Assembly: GCA_013265495.1 (NCBI GenBank)
Contig: MU058781.1
Coordinates: 4,341,050-4,405,049, forward strand
Direction: 5' to 3'
DNA length: 64,000 nt
From: Vicugna vicugna
Lineage: Eukaryota
Position numbers and translations under genes: made by a program. Each line of letters opens with the position of its first letter. Position 1 is the stretch's first letter. This document shows positions 1-10,717 of the stretch, in pieces. The notes under the pieces are model-generated. The model did not search any database and was not told the DNA's origin. It saw only the letters and a program-made list of their open reading frames with translations.

Positions 1-179
1 TATCCATCTCCTGATAGCTGCATGGGTCCTGTCCTTGGAAGAAATCCTGAAGTCTAAAATAGCCGCCCCCAGCTAGCCACCTCTCCTCACTCTCTGCTCC
101 TTTTGTGCTGCACGTTCTTCAGCTTCAGGGTGCCTCTCATCACTTGAAATAGTTAGTCATTCACTCATTCATTCATTTT

Positions 180-287
180 CTTGTGTACTGTCTGCTCCCC
201 CATTGGAGGAAAAGTTTGAGGGTTAGGGACTCTATCTTCTCCTAGGATGTACTAGGTGCTCAATCCATACTGGTTGAATGAATAAAC
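180..287 (+). mobile_element. L2 LINE 3' end fragment
   Basis: tgtctgctccccc...tttgagggttagggact...taggtgctcaatccatactggttgaatgaataaa resembles the L2 3' terminus with its GAAT tail. Confidence 0.7.
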
Positions 288-329
288 AAGGGTCCTAGCC
301 ATATCATACTATACTGTTAGATATTTGGT

Positions 330-810
330 TTTTTTCCCCCTTCCTACTTTCTTGGGGGTTTCATTCTGCTGTTCTTTTTTACGTCTTAAGTGTAATTCTT
401 GGCTCAATAATTTTGATCTTGCTTTTCTAATACAGGCATTAATTTAAGTATATTCAGTCCCAGGTATTTTCAAATTTTCATTAGGATTTCTTTTTTAACC
501 CATAAGTTATTTGGAAGCATGTGTGTATCCTACATGTATATGTTTAATATCCAAGTGAATGGAGATTTTCTGTATTTTATTTAACATTATTGATAACTCA
601 ACTTATTTGTGGTTCGAGACCATAATGTGGGTGAGTACAATATTTTGGAACTGAGTTTTATGGCCCAGCATTTGAACAATCTGCATTAATGTTTCGTGTG
701 TTTTGAAAAATAAGGTTATTTTCTCCTACAGCTTTGTGCCACGTTCTAAGCAGGTCCATTTGATCAAGGTTGTTAATTGTGCTGATCAAATCTTCTACAT
801 CCCTTCTTCT
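330..810 (-). mobile_element. Ancient L1 (L1M/L1ME) ORF2-region fragment
   Basis: T-rich antisense L1 signatures: tttaatatccaa, ttttatggcccagcat, aatgtttcgtgtgttttgaaaaataa, ttgttaattgtgctgatcaaatcttctacatcc. Confidence 0.7.
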
Positions 811-1099
811 GAATGAGTTATTATTTGTTTTTCTCTTCCACTTATGGACTCTAGTTTCTTGAAAGCTAAAGGTCTTCTACTCGTTAGTGTTTACTTTTCC
901 TTTTAAATAAGGCAAGAACCTTATCTTTCTTTAACAGTGATCGAGGCTCTCCCATCTCACGTACCGCTGTTCTGTAATACACAAATATTATATAAATGCT
1001 AAACATAATAGCAAATATACCCAGTGGTGATTCTAACACAGCATTTCTTCAAATTACACTTTTGTGTGTGTGGAATTTTTTTAGCCCACAAATGTAGCG

Positions 1100-1495
1100 T
1101 GAATTCGGACTGAAAGCACACATGAGGGTTGGCTTCTGGTTATGGGGTCTCATGGGGAGCGCAGGACCTGGGTCCTCCACCCAGCACCTAGGGTTGAGAC
1201 AGACAAGTTTGCTAGCTGTCCCCTTCTGTGTGGTGGAGTCTATTTCCCATCAGTCTAACAGGGGTAGTACTTTGGGATCCCAGCTTAGCACGGATGGGGA
1301 AGACGTGGCTGGGGTTGACGGTGGTTTCTATTCTATTCCTCACAATGAGAAAGCCCTAGATTTTATGTCCTGCTCCACACACCCTGTAAGGCCATGAAAG
1401 CCAGCCCTTAAGATCACAGGTCATCGAGGCTTAGCGGTAAGTCCTGGGGAGATTTGTTACTCACCTACTTTCTAGTGTCAATTCTTTTATTTTGT
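1100..1495 (-). mobile_element. Probable ancient L1ME 5' UTR fragment
   Basis: tttgggatcccagctt...gccctagattttatgtcctg...ccctgtaaggccatgaaagcc...gatcacagg resembles L1ME-type 5' ends in antisense; same orientation as 330-810. Confidence 0.45.
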
Positions 1496-1514
1496 TTAAA
1501 ACTCTACAACCTGA

Positions 1515-1866
1515 GGAAAATCCTCAGAGAAACCCAACGTGAAGGGCATTCTTCAAAACAGTCCAAGCTGATGAAAGACAAGGGAAGACTGAGAAACGTT
1601 CTGGACCAGAGGAGACTAAATTGACGTGACAACTTAATGCACTGCATTACCTGGGCTGGATTCTAGAACAGGAGGAGCTGGTCCACGCTGCATGAAGCCT
1701 GGAGTTTGGCGCATAGCTATGTACCAATGTTACTAACTTAGTTGTGACAAATGTACCATAAGGAAGAGGATAACCTGAGAGAAAACTGACACTGGGACTC
1801 TGTATCAGCTTTCCAACTTTTCTATAAATCGAAAATTACTCCAAAACAACAAGCTTATTTAAAAAG
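1515..1866 (+). mobile_element. L1MC/L1MD-type 3' UTR
   Basis: gaaagacaagggaagactgagaaac...gacgtgacaacttaatgca...ctggattctagaacagg...tgtaccaatgtt...gggactctgta...caacttttctataaatcgaaaattactccaaaa, ending A-rich. Confidence 0.8.
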
Positions 1867-2222
1867 GAACCTTTGATGATGTCTTGCTGCCATTCCAGCT
1901 CAGAAGCACCCTTAAAAAACTGTCCCTCCCTGCCATAACCACCGGAAACAAAGCCCCCTGGGGGAGAAGAGATCAGAATCACAATAACCAAATGAGGCCA
2001 TTTTAATCAATGGAATGCTACGGATTCAGAGTGGGGGGTGCGTGAGTAACCAGGACCCCGAGGGGAGAGACATCTGAGAGAACACAAATGGCAGCAATTA
2101 CAGAAGAATAAGATCAGTTCACATTTCTCCCTGAACAAAAGCAGGTTACTCAGTCAAACCTGCTACATGTACATAAAAATCACATAATGCAAAATAGATC
2201 AATACTTTTCTTGAATAGAGTT

Positions 2223-2679
2223 TGTCATGGATTGAGTTATGTTCCCCCACCCCGCCCACCGCCCCGCTTGCCAAATTTATATCCTTAATTCCTCATACCC
2301 CGTACCTTGGAATGTGAACTTATTTGGAGACAAGGTCTTTACAGAGGTAATCAGGTTAAAATGAGGTCATTAGAGTGGGTCCTAATCCAAATGACTGGCA
2401 TTCTTCTAAAAGGGGAAATGTGGGCACAGACACATGCACATCATGTGCAGATGAAGGCAGGAATCGGGGAGAGACACCTCCCACCCGAGGAACACCAGCC
2501 CACCAGAAACCAGAAGAGGGGCGTGGAGAAGGTTTTCCCTCAGTCCTCAGAAGGAACTGGCCCCTTCCATATCTTCATCTCAGACTTTCAGCCTCTAGAA
2601 CTGTGAGGCCATAAGTTTCTGCTGTTCAAGCCACCCAACCTGGGGCACTCTGTTACGTCAGCCCTAACAAACTAAAACA
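2223..2679 (+). mobile_element. MaLR solo LTR, MLT1B-like
   Basis: TG...CA ends; gaatgtgaacttatttggagacaaggtctttacagaggtaatcaggttaaaatgaggtcattagagtggg; 3' end ctcagactttcagcctctagaactgtgag...gccctaacaaactaaaaca. Confidence 0.88.
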
Positions 2680-3151
2680 GTTACCCTCCAAGACTCTATG
2701 TGATGTCTTCCGGGGGGACAGCCCACCTGGTCTGCAATGTGGAGCAGGTCCAGACCACACATTATTTAACAGTCTAGAGCAACCCGGAGAGGGCAGAAGG
2801 GTTCACTGACACCTTCTGCAACATTCCCTGAACTGGGCAATGTCCTCTTCTATCAGTGTTTCGGTGTCACAGAGAGGGCCTGGACTACCACCAGTCATCT
2901 CCTTCAGAGCGCCCTCCACCTGAAAACGCACGATGTTCTTACTGACGCTGCACTTACAAGACGTTCTGAAGTAAATCTCCAGGGCACGCTGGCTATTCTG
3001 ATCCGGAAACTGGTTAACCAATAAGGATATAAAGACGCAGAGGGATGCTTTGGCAAGGTCGCAGAGCAGTCTGTGCCAGAGATGAGAGAGAATCAATGCT
3101 CCATTGCGAGCATGGTCAAGGGCCTGGATAATCTCCAACAATTGACTCTGT

Positions 3152-3317
3152 GTATAGCACAGGGAAATATACACAAAATGTTATGATAACTTACAGAGAA
3201 AAAAATGTGACAATGAGTGTGTATATGTCCATGAATGACTGAAAAATTGTGCTGAACACTGGAATTTGACACAACACTGTAAAATGATTATGAATCAATA
3301 AAAAATGTTAAAAAAAA
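3152..3317 (+). mobile_element. Young 5'-truncated L1 3' end (camelid/cetartiodactyl type) with target-site duplication
   Basis: gtatagcacagggaaatatacac...gaaaaattgtgctgaacactggaatttgacacaacactgtaaaatgattat...aataaaaaatgtt plus polyA; flanked by a perfect 12-bp TSD aattgactctgt (3140-3151, 3318-3329). Confidence 0.92.
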
Positions 3318-3998
3318 AATTGACTCTGTCAGTCCCTGAGGCTACGGGCCAATGGGTAGGGTCTTTAGACCGGAAAGCTCCTGTTAGACAGTAAAGCCCA
3401 GTTCCATTCTCTCGCAAGTCAAAAAGATAAACAAGGTAAGGGTTACCTCCAGTTCACCTAGCAAGGGCCTAAAATCATGCAGAGTGTAGAGACTTGCTAG
3501 AGTCCCAGACCCTCCAGCAGAGCAAATGGAACATGTCCAGAACCAGAATCAACTTTCCTAAAGAAATCAGACAGACCTTTTCCCTATTGTCAGGTATGTG
3601 TAAGCCGTCCATTTCTCCCAGCAGCTCTCCTCCACCCGACTCCATCCCATCTGTGCTACAGCATTGGAGGCAAAAGGGAAGCAGATGCTCCAGAGAATCC
3701 TGAACAGAAAATCTTCAGATGGGGGAGGGTGTAATTAAAGCATTATCACACACTATTCACAGAGAATTCATGTCGACCCCACATGTCCTCGGGCTGCTCG
3801 GCACACATGCACCCTCCTCTGGGACCTGCACCCTGGCATCACCTCTTCTCCAACCAAGCTTTCCCCAGGCCTCATGCTAGACTTTCTTAGCACAGAGTGT
3901 GTACAGAGGAAAGCACATTGGTTGTGGTCCTCCCAACATCCCTTGACCCCATTCCTTCTTTCTCTTCCACAGTGCTGATGCCAGAGCAGCCTCCAAAC

Positions 3999-4300
3999 CA
4001 GCGCTGTCCAAGAGGGAGACCAGGTAAGCCACAAAGACAGACCACAGAGAGGATTTTAAACTTGGTAGCCCTTTTAAAAACATGGGGGAGAAAAGGTGAA
4101 ATCAATTTTAATAATGAGTTTTATTTAATTCAATATATCAAAAACATAATTGTAATCAATATAAAAAGTTATTAATGGTATAGTTTACTTGTTTTGGTTA
4201 AGTCTTCAAATTTTGGTGTGTATTTCACACTTACAGCACCCACAATCTCAAGAACAGAATGGGTTTTTGTGTCTGGTGGCTACCATACTGGACAGCACTG
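3999..4300 (+). mobile_element. MER33-like non-autonomous hAT-Charlie DNA transposon
   Basis: TIRs cagcgctgtcca (3999-4010) and tggacagcactg (4289-4300), 11/12 complementary; internal aggtgaaatcaattttaataat...ggtgtgtatttcacacttacagcac. Confidence 0.88.
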
Positions 4301-4719
4301 GTCTAAGTGTTTCAAGGGATCTGTTACAGCTTCAGGTCTTGGGAGGGTGTGTGGTTTTAGAGAACAGACGTTTCCTCTCATAGATCTTTTATTTTTACAG
4401 TGGGGTCCATTAAACGTCCAATAAACTCTTCCTTTTTCTAATAAATGTGTACCGAGCCCAGTTTCCTATCTTTATATACCCAGTTGTCTGCCTTTGTCTT
4501 TCTCTATTTGCCTTAAGGGCACCTATTTTGTTCTTCAGTTCAAAAGACAATTCTTCGGGGAACCAAAACGGAAGCGAACGTGGCCTCCTGGAGACCCCAT
4601 GGATGGTTCGTTCATTGCGCTGCCATTGTACCTCGCAGAGTGCACTGCCTTTGCTTGAGAACACTTTGTCTCCCTTAAGAGACTGAATTATTTTAAAAAG
4701 AGGGATGTCTTCTCTCTGG

Positions 4720-5000
4720 ACACCTCACATTCAGCACAGGACCCGGCAAAAAGTTGCTCTTAACATGGCAGCCTCGTTCCCCCAGAGTGGATGGTCTGAG
4801 AGAGCCAGAAAATGAAGTAGCACGTCCAGGACAAGAGTCCCGGGGTCTTTTAGAACTTAACCTTGGAAATGACATGTCATCACCTCTGCCATATTCTCTT
4901 GGTCACACAGGTCACCCCTGGCCCAGTGTGGGAGGAAACTACACAAGGTGTGAGTACGGGAGGTGGGGATCCTCAGGGCCACCTTGGAGGATGGTGAGGA
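4720..5000 (-). mobile_element. MaLR LTR fragment (MLT1F/H-like)
   Basis: aacatggcagc...ccttggaaatgacatgtcatcacctctgccatattctcttggtcacacag...cagtgtgggaggaaactacacaaggtgtgagtacgggaggtggggatc...gccaccttggagg. Confidence 0.78.
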
Positions 5001-5299
5001 ATGGAACACACCACTACTGGACAGTGGAAACCCTGAATTCAGGCCTCGAGGACCCAGAAGTCATCGACTTGAAGATCCTATGCAACTAGCAGAGTCCAGC
5101 CTTTCCCGTTCTCTCCACGCAGGTCCTCCTGTCGCACTGACTGCAGCCTGGTGTTTCTGCTGCCGGTCACGTCTTGCCTGCTTCAGCAAGACCTCGTGAG
5201 TCCATCTCGATAAGCCAGCCCCCAAATCCGGTGAGTCAGCATCCTGGTTGATACGGATAAATGCAGGTCGGTTTACTGTGGTGACCGGATTCACTTATC

Positions 5300-5745
5300 A
5301 GGGTTTTTTCATATTTTTGAAGATTCGGAAGAGATTTTGAAAGCAGAGCCTGCACACATCTAAGTTTTCTGCAATTAACCACGCAGCAGTTGTAAACAAA
5401 GGTAAAGAAAACAGCTGTTTCACAAGTTGAAAAACTACTGAAATTTATCTCAACAAAGGCAACAAGATTAGGTAATAACAGAAGTTCAAATGTCATCTGT
5501 TTCAAATTTTAATATGTTTAGACAGACCTAAAAGACTTGATAGGCAAATGTATGAATTTCGTGAAAGTTGAAAGCAAAAAAAGTTTTGCCACCCTCTTGA
5601 TAGATAAATAAAAACAGTACACAGGCATAACATCCAAATAAAACTGCACCGTGGTGAACTGCCAAATGTAAATTATTAAATACACTAACATAATGAGGTG
5701 TCTGGGGCCGCTGGGTCCCACAGGTCCATACTGTGGACACTCCTA
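5300..5745 (+). mobile_element. Possible decayed hAT (Tip100-like) transposon 3' portion
   Basis: AT-rich block. With several indels, 5411-5476 reads like the hAT dimerisation motif (SFSKLKLIKTYLRSTM.QERL), followed by a DLI..F..K..K-like stretch at about 5525-5585. Confidence 0.35.
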
Positions 5746-6338
5746 GTTTGCTTACTCCATTTTCGAAAAACATTTGAGCTTAGACTGTAACATTTAAATA
5801 TGTATGTAAAACATGCATGCAAAAAATTTTAAAGCGTGAAATTTAAAAACATACAGAAATTCCATTTTTTAAATTTCCATACCATCCTGCTAAGCTCACC
5901 CTGGAGACCACTGCCTTAGACAAAATTAGCCTCCACTTATACAGCTGGACTTGCCTGTGGGACATGGCTAACTAGTGAAGCTGAGACAGAGGGGCTGGGG
6001 GAGCCTGATTCTCCCCTAGATCTAATCTAAACTTAGACATCTACATAGGAACTCAGTGGAGGAAAAAGTGGATTGAATTCTAATATCCCTTGGGTTTCTA
6101 CACTGCAGAAGCATGTCTGATGAACAGAAGCATCCTGGACGGAGGCTGGGTGGAAAAAGAGAGCAGTGGGTTTCGGAGAGGGAACCCACACCATAGGGTT
6201 AGAATGCTAGAGAGGAGGTGGGTGCTGGGGTGGAGGTGTAAGTGTGAGTTGGTAGGACCGGCCTACATCACCTCCAGGCAATCTTACTGTGAAACTCCTG
6301 CTGATATAATGTAGAGCTAGGGGAATATTCTCCCTCTT

Positions 6339-6453
6339 ACATTGTGTGGACAGAGTGACAAAGATCTAACGAGAGTGGGTGGAGAAATTCTCTCTCTTAC
6401 TGTGGAGACATTGTGTGGACAGAGTGACAAAGATCTAACGAGAGTGGGTGGAG
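6339..6453 (+). repeat. Local tandem duplication with a 46-bp perfect core
   Basis: acattgtgtggacagagtgacaaagatctaacgagagtgggtggag at 6339-6384 and 6408-6453, each preceded by a similar attctc(c/t)ctcttac. Confidence 0.95.
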
Positions 6454-7804
6454 GCTCCCCTTGACGGTAGCCCCATCCCTGCAGGTCTGTTAGGGCTTGA
6501 GCTGGAAAGTCAAAGCTCAGCCACACCAGGTTAGGAGCTAAGTCGTAAGACAGGAAGGTCTGAGAACCTCCAGTTCCGAGTATTCCAACACTGGAACTTG
6601 TTTCTCACCTCCCGGGGTGACTGCCGTTGGAGCTAAGAGACACGCCCCAGTTTCTCTGCCTTTGGGAGAGGGCGAGCCTGTTTTCACTAACAATGGTATC
6701 TCTAGCCGCACCAGCCATGGGAGAAATAGTCTAACTTCGGAGTGACAACCTAGTGGAAATTTCCAGCCCAAGATGATTGTGTGGTCCTGGCTTCAGCAAT
6801 GGGTTCATAAATGACCAGAACTGATTTCTGGACACATGTGAGCACCCCCGGGGATTCTTGGGAAAAAACTGAGAAAAGAATCCTGGAAGCAATTCACTTT
6901 TCTGCAGCCAGGAAGGGTATGTTTACAGCCGTGGTTTCGCTTGTCTGAGCAGGCAAGTAAGACTGAGATGCTCCTGTTAAGCACCTGGGACTGTCCTGTG
7001 AGAGCCACGAGACGAAGTCTGAGGACAGTGCCATGAAAACAGCAACAAATCCTGGCCGCCTCACCAGATGTCCCGCTACTCACTGAAGTAAATAACGCAA
7101 TGGCAACGAGCACAATTGCTTCCATTTTAGAACAGCACAGAAACATCTGCAGGGAAAATAAACACTCCCATGCCTTTGGCAAAAAGAGTTGGACCAAGTG
7201 AGTCTGGAAAGCAAGTAATCCAAGCTGCCGGCTTGGAGGCGTTGACACGCTCATGCTTCTCCTCCCCCAGCAGAAACCTCACTAACATACAGGCAAGAAA
7301 GAAAAGTGGCTCGAACCCACATGGCCAAAGAGACTTCGAGAGCAGATGACAGCGCACAACTGATGTCAAAAACAAAAACTGAGAGCTCGCAGGTAGACGG
7401 CAGCTGACTTAGCAGCCTGGGGAAAGCTGGAACATAAACCTGCAGCAGAGAGCCACAAAAACCAACCTCAGGACTCCTGGAAAAACCTAACTGTTTGAGT
7501 GACAGGTCCCCCAGAAGGCAAGGAAAATAAAAGGACTGGTTGAAAGGCTTTGTAGGTAGCACCTAGATCCCCAGATTCTGTCCCCATGTGGCCAGATGAC
7601 TGTCCCTCCCCATTCCCTCAGGAGACTGGAAGTTTAAGAGCTTCAAAGAGATAAGACTGTGGACTACAAACAGCTGAGGGCAGACGGAGAGCCTTACTGC
7701 AAGAAGGAAATTTAGGTGAAAGTCTGTACCCTGAACAATGAGATCCCCAACTTTTCCTCCAGCTTGGTAGGTAGGAGATTGGCAACCACGGTAGAAGGTC
7801 ACAG

Positions 7805-8005
7805 TTGAGCTGTCTATATGGCAGCCACTAGCCACAAGTGACTATTTAAGTTTAAATTAAGTAAAATCAAACAAAATTAAAACCTCACTTTTTCAGCCAT
7901 ACTAGCCACATCGCTGGCACTGAATAGCCACATGGGGCTAAAGGCTACCATACTGAACAGCTTCGATCCTGAACATTTCATCCCCGCACAAGCGGGACAG
8001 CACTG
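7805..8005 (-). mobile_element. MER3 hAT-Charlie MITE inserted in HAL1
   Basis: gctgtctatatggcagccactagccaca...tttaagtttaaattaa...actagccacat...aatagccacatggggcta...ggctaccatactgaacagc...ggacagcactg is MER3 in antisense. Confidence 0.85.
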
Positions 8006-8803
8006 GATGAGAGAATCCCTCTCTGAGAAAACTGACCAGGCCGAGAAAAGACCTACAGAGACTGACATGTGTTCATCACCTGAAGTGAAACCCAGCAGTT
8101 AACAAGTTCCACTCATGCAAACAGAGTTTTCTATCAGAAATTTGGTAACTCATCCTTAAACATAGAAGGCAAATCTGAATGACCAAAAATTTGAGGAAAG
8201 TCCCAACCATGAGAGGCAAAAGGAGATGATATAAAGTAAGTTGCATCTATGAAAGAAAAACAAGAAAGTATAAAAATATGATAGGCAAATAAAATGAAAT
8301 GGGTTAGATGGTAAAGTCTCTTGGAAATGCCAAACAAAAAAGAGTGAAAAAATAAGAGAGAAAACTTAAGATAATGAACCTATCTTTCAACTAAAAGGAC
8401 TTTCGGAAAAAGAGAACTAGAAAATAGGGGGAGGAAGAAAATTATCAAAGAAAAAATAAAGTGAAATTCTCAGAACTTTCCAGATTGAAAGGGGCTACTG
8501 AGTGTACAGCACTACGAGTGAGGCAAAAATAGGCATATTCCAAGGCACACCATCATGAAATTTTGAACACTGGAGATAAAGAGAAGACTCCTCAGTCTTC
8601 CTGAGAGCAAAAATAAGTCCCACACGAAGGATCAGGTGTCAGGACCATACTAGCACCATCAAAAGTGACACTGAGAGCTAGAAGACAGAGTAACACCTTT
8701 AAAGTGCTAAGGAAAAATGACCTTTCACCTAAAATTCTATACCCAAGGGTGAGGGTGGAATAAGGACACTTTCAGATTTGCAATGGATCAAAAATAGACT
8801 CCT

Positions 8804-9222
8804 TGTGTCAGTCAGTGTGGAAAACAGAAGGCTTACTTAGACTGAGGAGGATTCACTATTTACAAGCATGGTCAAGGTCAAGGGAATACAACAGGAATGA
8901 ATGGAGAGGTACACTGAAGCTGGTCAGAGCAGGGAGCTGTTACAAAGCTAAGTTCCCCAAACTGCAGAGAGCTACAGCTCGAGGAGACAGCCACCTGCCA
9001 GAAGCTTGGCCACTACCAACCCACAGCTCAAAGAGAAGGGAGATAAAGAACAAGCACCCTACTTCCTCTTCCTCCCACTCAACCTCCCTACCTCCCACTG
9101 ACCAACATCGATGGGCAGCCAGAAGGCAAGGAGCCCACTGACGCAGCCTCCATGAATGCCAGTCCCCCAGGGCCCAGAGCGGGAGGGGTGCCCTGGAGGG
9201 ACAGCTGGAGAACCCCCAGAGC
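8804..9222 (-). mobile_element. LTR33-like ERVL solo LTR inserted in HAL1
   Basis: tgtgtcagtcag...gaaaacagaaggc...actatttacaa...gggagctgttac...cctcccactgacca...gccagaaggcaaggagcccactgacgcag...ctggagggaca. Confidence 0.75.
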
Positions 9223-9692
9223 CCCTCCACGTACTCTTGCTCAAGAGTCCACTGAAAGACGGGACTCAGTAACATGGGGGAGTCAATCAAAGAAACAAAA
9301 GATCCGGGATCCTAGAAACAGAGACTCTAGAACCAAAAAGGGCGGGGAGGGCAGAAATCCCAGGATAATAGCGAAGGAAGTGTCAGAAAATATCTAGGCA
9401 GTCCCCCAAAGAGCAAAGTCCCACACTGGAGAAGACAGCGTGCTCATGAGGATGGTGCCAGGAAAAGAAAGATGAAGAGTAGTTGGCATGTTCAGGAACT
9501 AGGAGAAGATGATCAGCTCCACCAGACAGGGATGAATTCACGACAGATACATTTTTAAAAATAAGCAACTGGGGAAAAAAAGGCAATTATTAGCTCCAAA
9601 CAAAATTTTAAAAGTTGTATAGAAAGGAAATATAATGATGATTCACTACAACATACACTGCAGTGTAAAGCAGCGAACAACATTTACAAAGC

Positions 9693-10199
9693 TGTGGTAG
9701 GTAGGATAATGGCCACCAAAGATGTTCAAGTCCTAATTCTTAGAACTTGTGGGTGCTGTCAGCATGGCAAAAGGAATTTGCAGATGTGATCAAGTTAATC
9801 CTGAGATATAGAGAAGATCCTGGAGGATCTGGCTGGGCCCAACGTAATCACAGGTGGGAAAGGAGGCCAAAGGGTCAGAGTCAGAGGAGATATGATGTTG
9901 AAAGCAGAGGTCAGGGTGATCCACTACAAGAAAAACTCAACCTGCCATTGCTGGCTTGGAAGATCTGAAGGGGCTCCAAGCTGAGGTCCATAGGCAGCTT
10001 CTGAAAGGTGGAAGAGATGAGAAACATATTCTTCCCTACGGCCTCCAGAAGGAAGGTAGTCCTGACAACACCTTGCATTTAGCCCAGGAGGACCCATTTC
10101 AGACTTCTGACCTCCAGAACTATCAGAAAAGAAATTTGTGTTGTTTTAAGCCACTAAGTTTGCAGTAATTTGTTACAGCAACCGTACAAAACTAATACA
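9693..10199 (+). mobile_element. MLT1D MaLR solo LTR inserted in HAL1
   Basis: tgtggtaggtaggataatggccaccaaagatgt...catggcaaaaggaatttgcagatgtgat...ttcagacttctgacctccagaact...ttttaagccactaagtttg...aactaataca. Confidence 0.9.
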
Positions 10200-10252
10200 A
10201 TACCCATTGTAATATAGTCAAATATTATTTAATTTATAAATTATGAAGGATC

Positions 10253-10717
10253 TGTGATGGTTTAAAATATGTCCACAAGTTCTTGTACATTCCTCTTCTC
10301 ATAAAGGCCCAATTGTTTCCCTTCTGTGATTCGCTTCTAATGACTAGGGAGTACTAGAAGCAATGGTGTGTGACTTCTGAGGTTAGGTCACAGAAGAGTT
10401 TCTGCTGTACTTTCTTAGCTGGCCCACGCTTGGGGAAGCCACTTGTCATGTCATGAAGACTAGAAGGAACCTGGAGGAAGGTCCAAATGGGAAAGAACTA
10501 AGAGCTCTGTCCAACAACCAACATCAACTGAACCGTCCACGTGAGGGATCTTGAAATCAGATCTGAAATCAGATCAGATTACTACAACTTTATGAGAGAT
10601 CTTGAGCCACAACCCCCAAATCCCTGACTCATGAAAACTGTGAGAAAATAAATATTTATTATATTATGGCACTAACTTCTGTAGTAACTTGTTATCCAGT
10701 AGTAAATATCAGACACA
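10253..10717 (+). mobile_element. MLT1F-like MaLR solo LTR inserted in HAL1
   Basis: tgtgatggtttaaaatatgtccacaagttctt...tgtgacttctgaggttaggtca...ccaaatccctgactcatgaaaactgtgagaaaataaat. Confidence 0.8.

Noticed and set aside
61..80. CTCF-like motif on the minus strand
   Set aside because: Several mismatches at core positions; not supportable.
2307..2614. ORFs inside MLT1 LTRs (also 9747-10168, 26809-27220, 40201-40512)
   Set aside because: Chance ORFs in non-coding solo LTRs.
6339..6453. Repeat-spacer-repeat pattern resembling CRISPR
   Set aside because: Only two copies, the spacer resembles the upstream flank, there are no cas genes and the context is mammalian.
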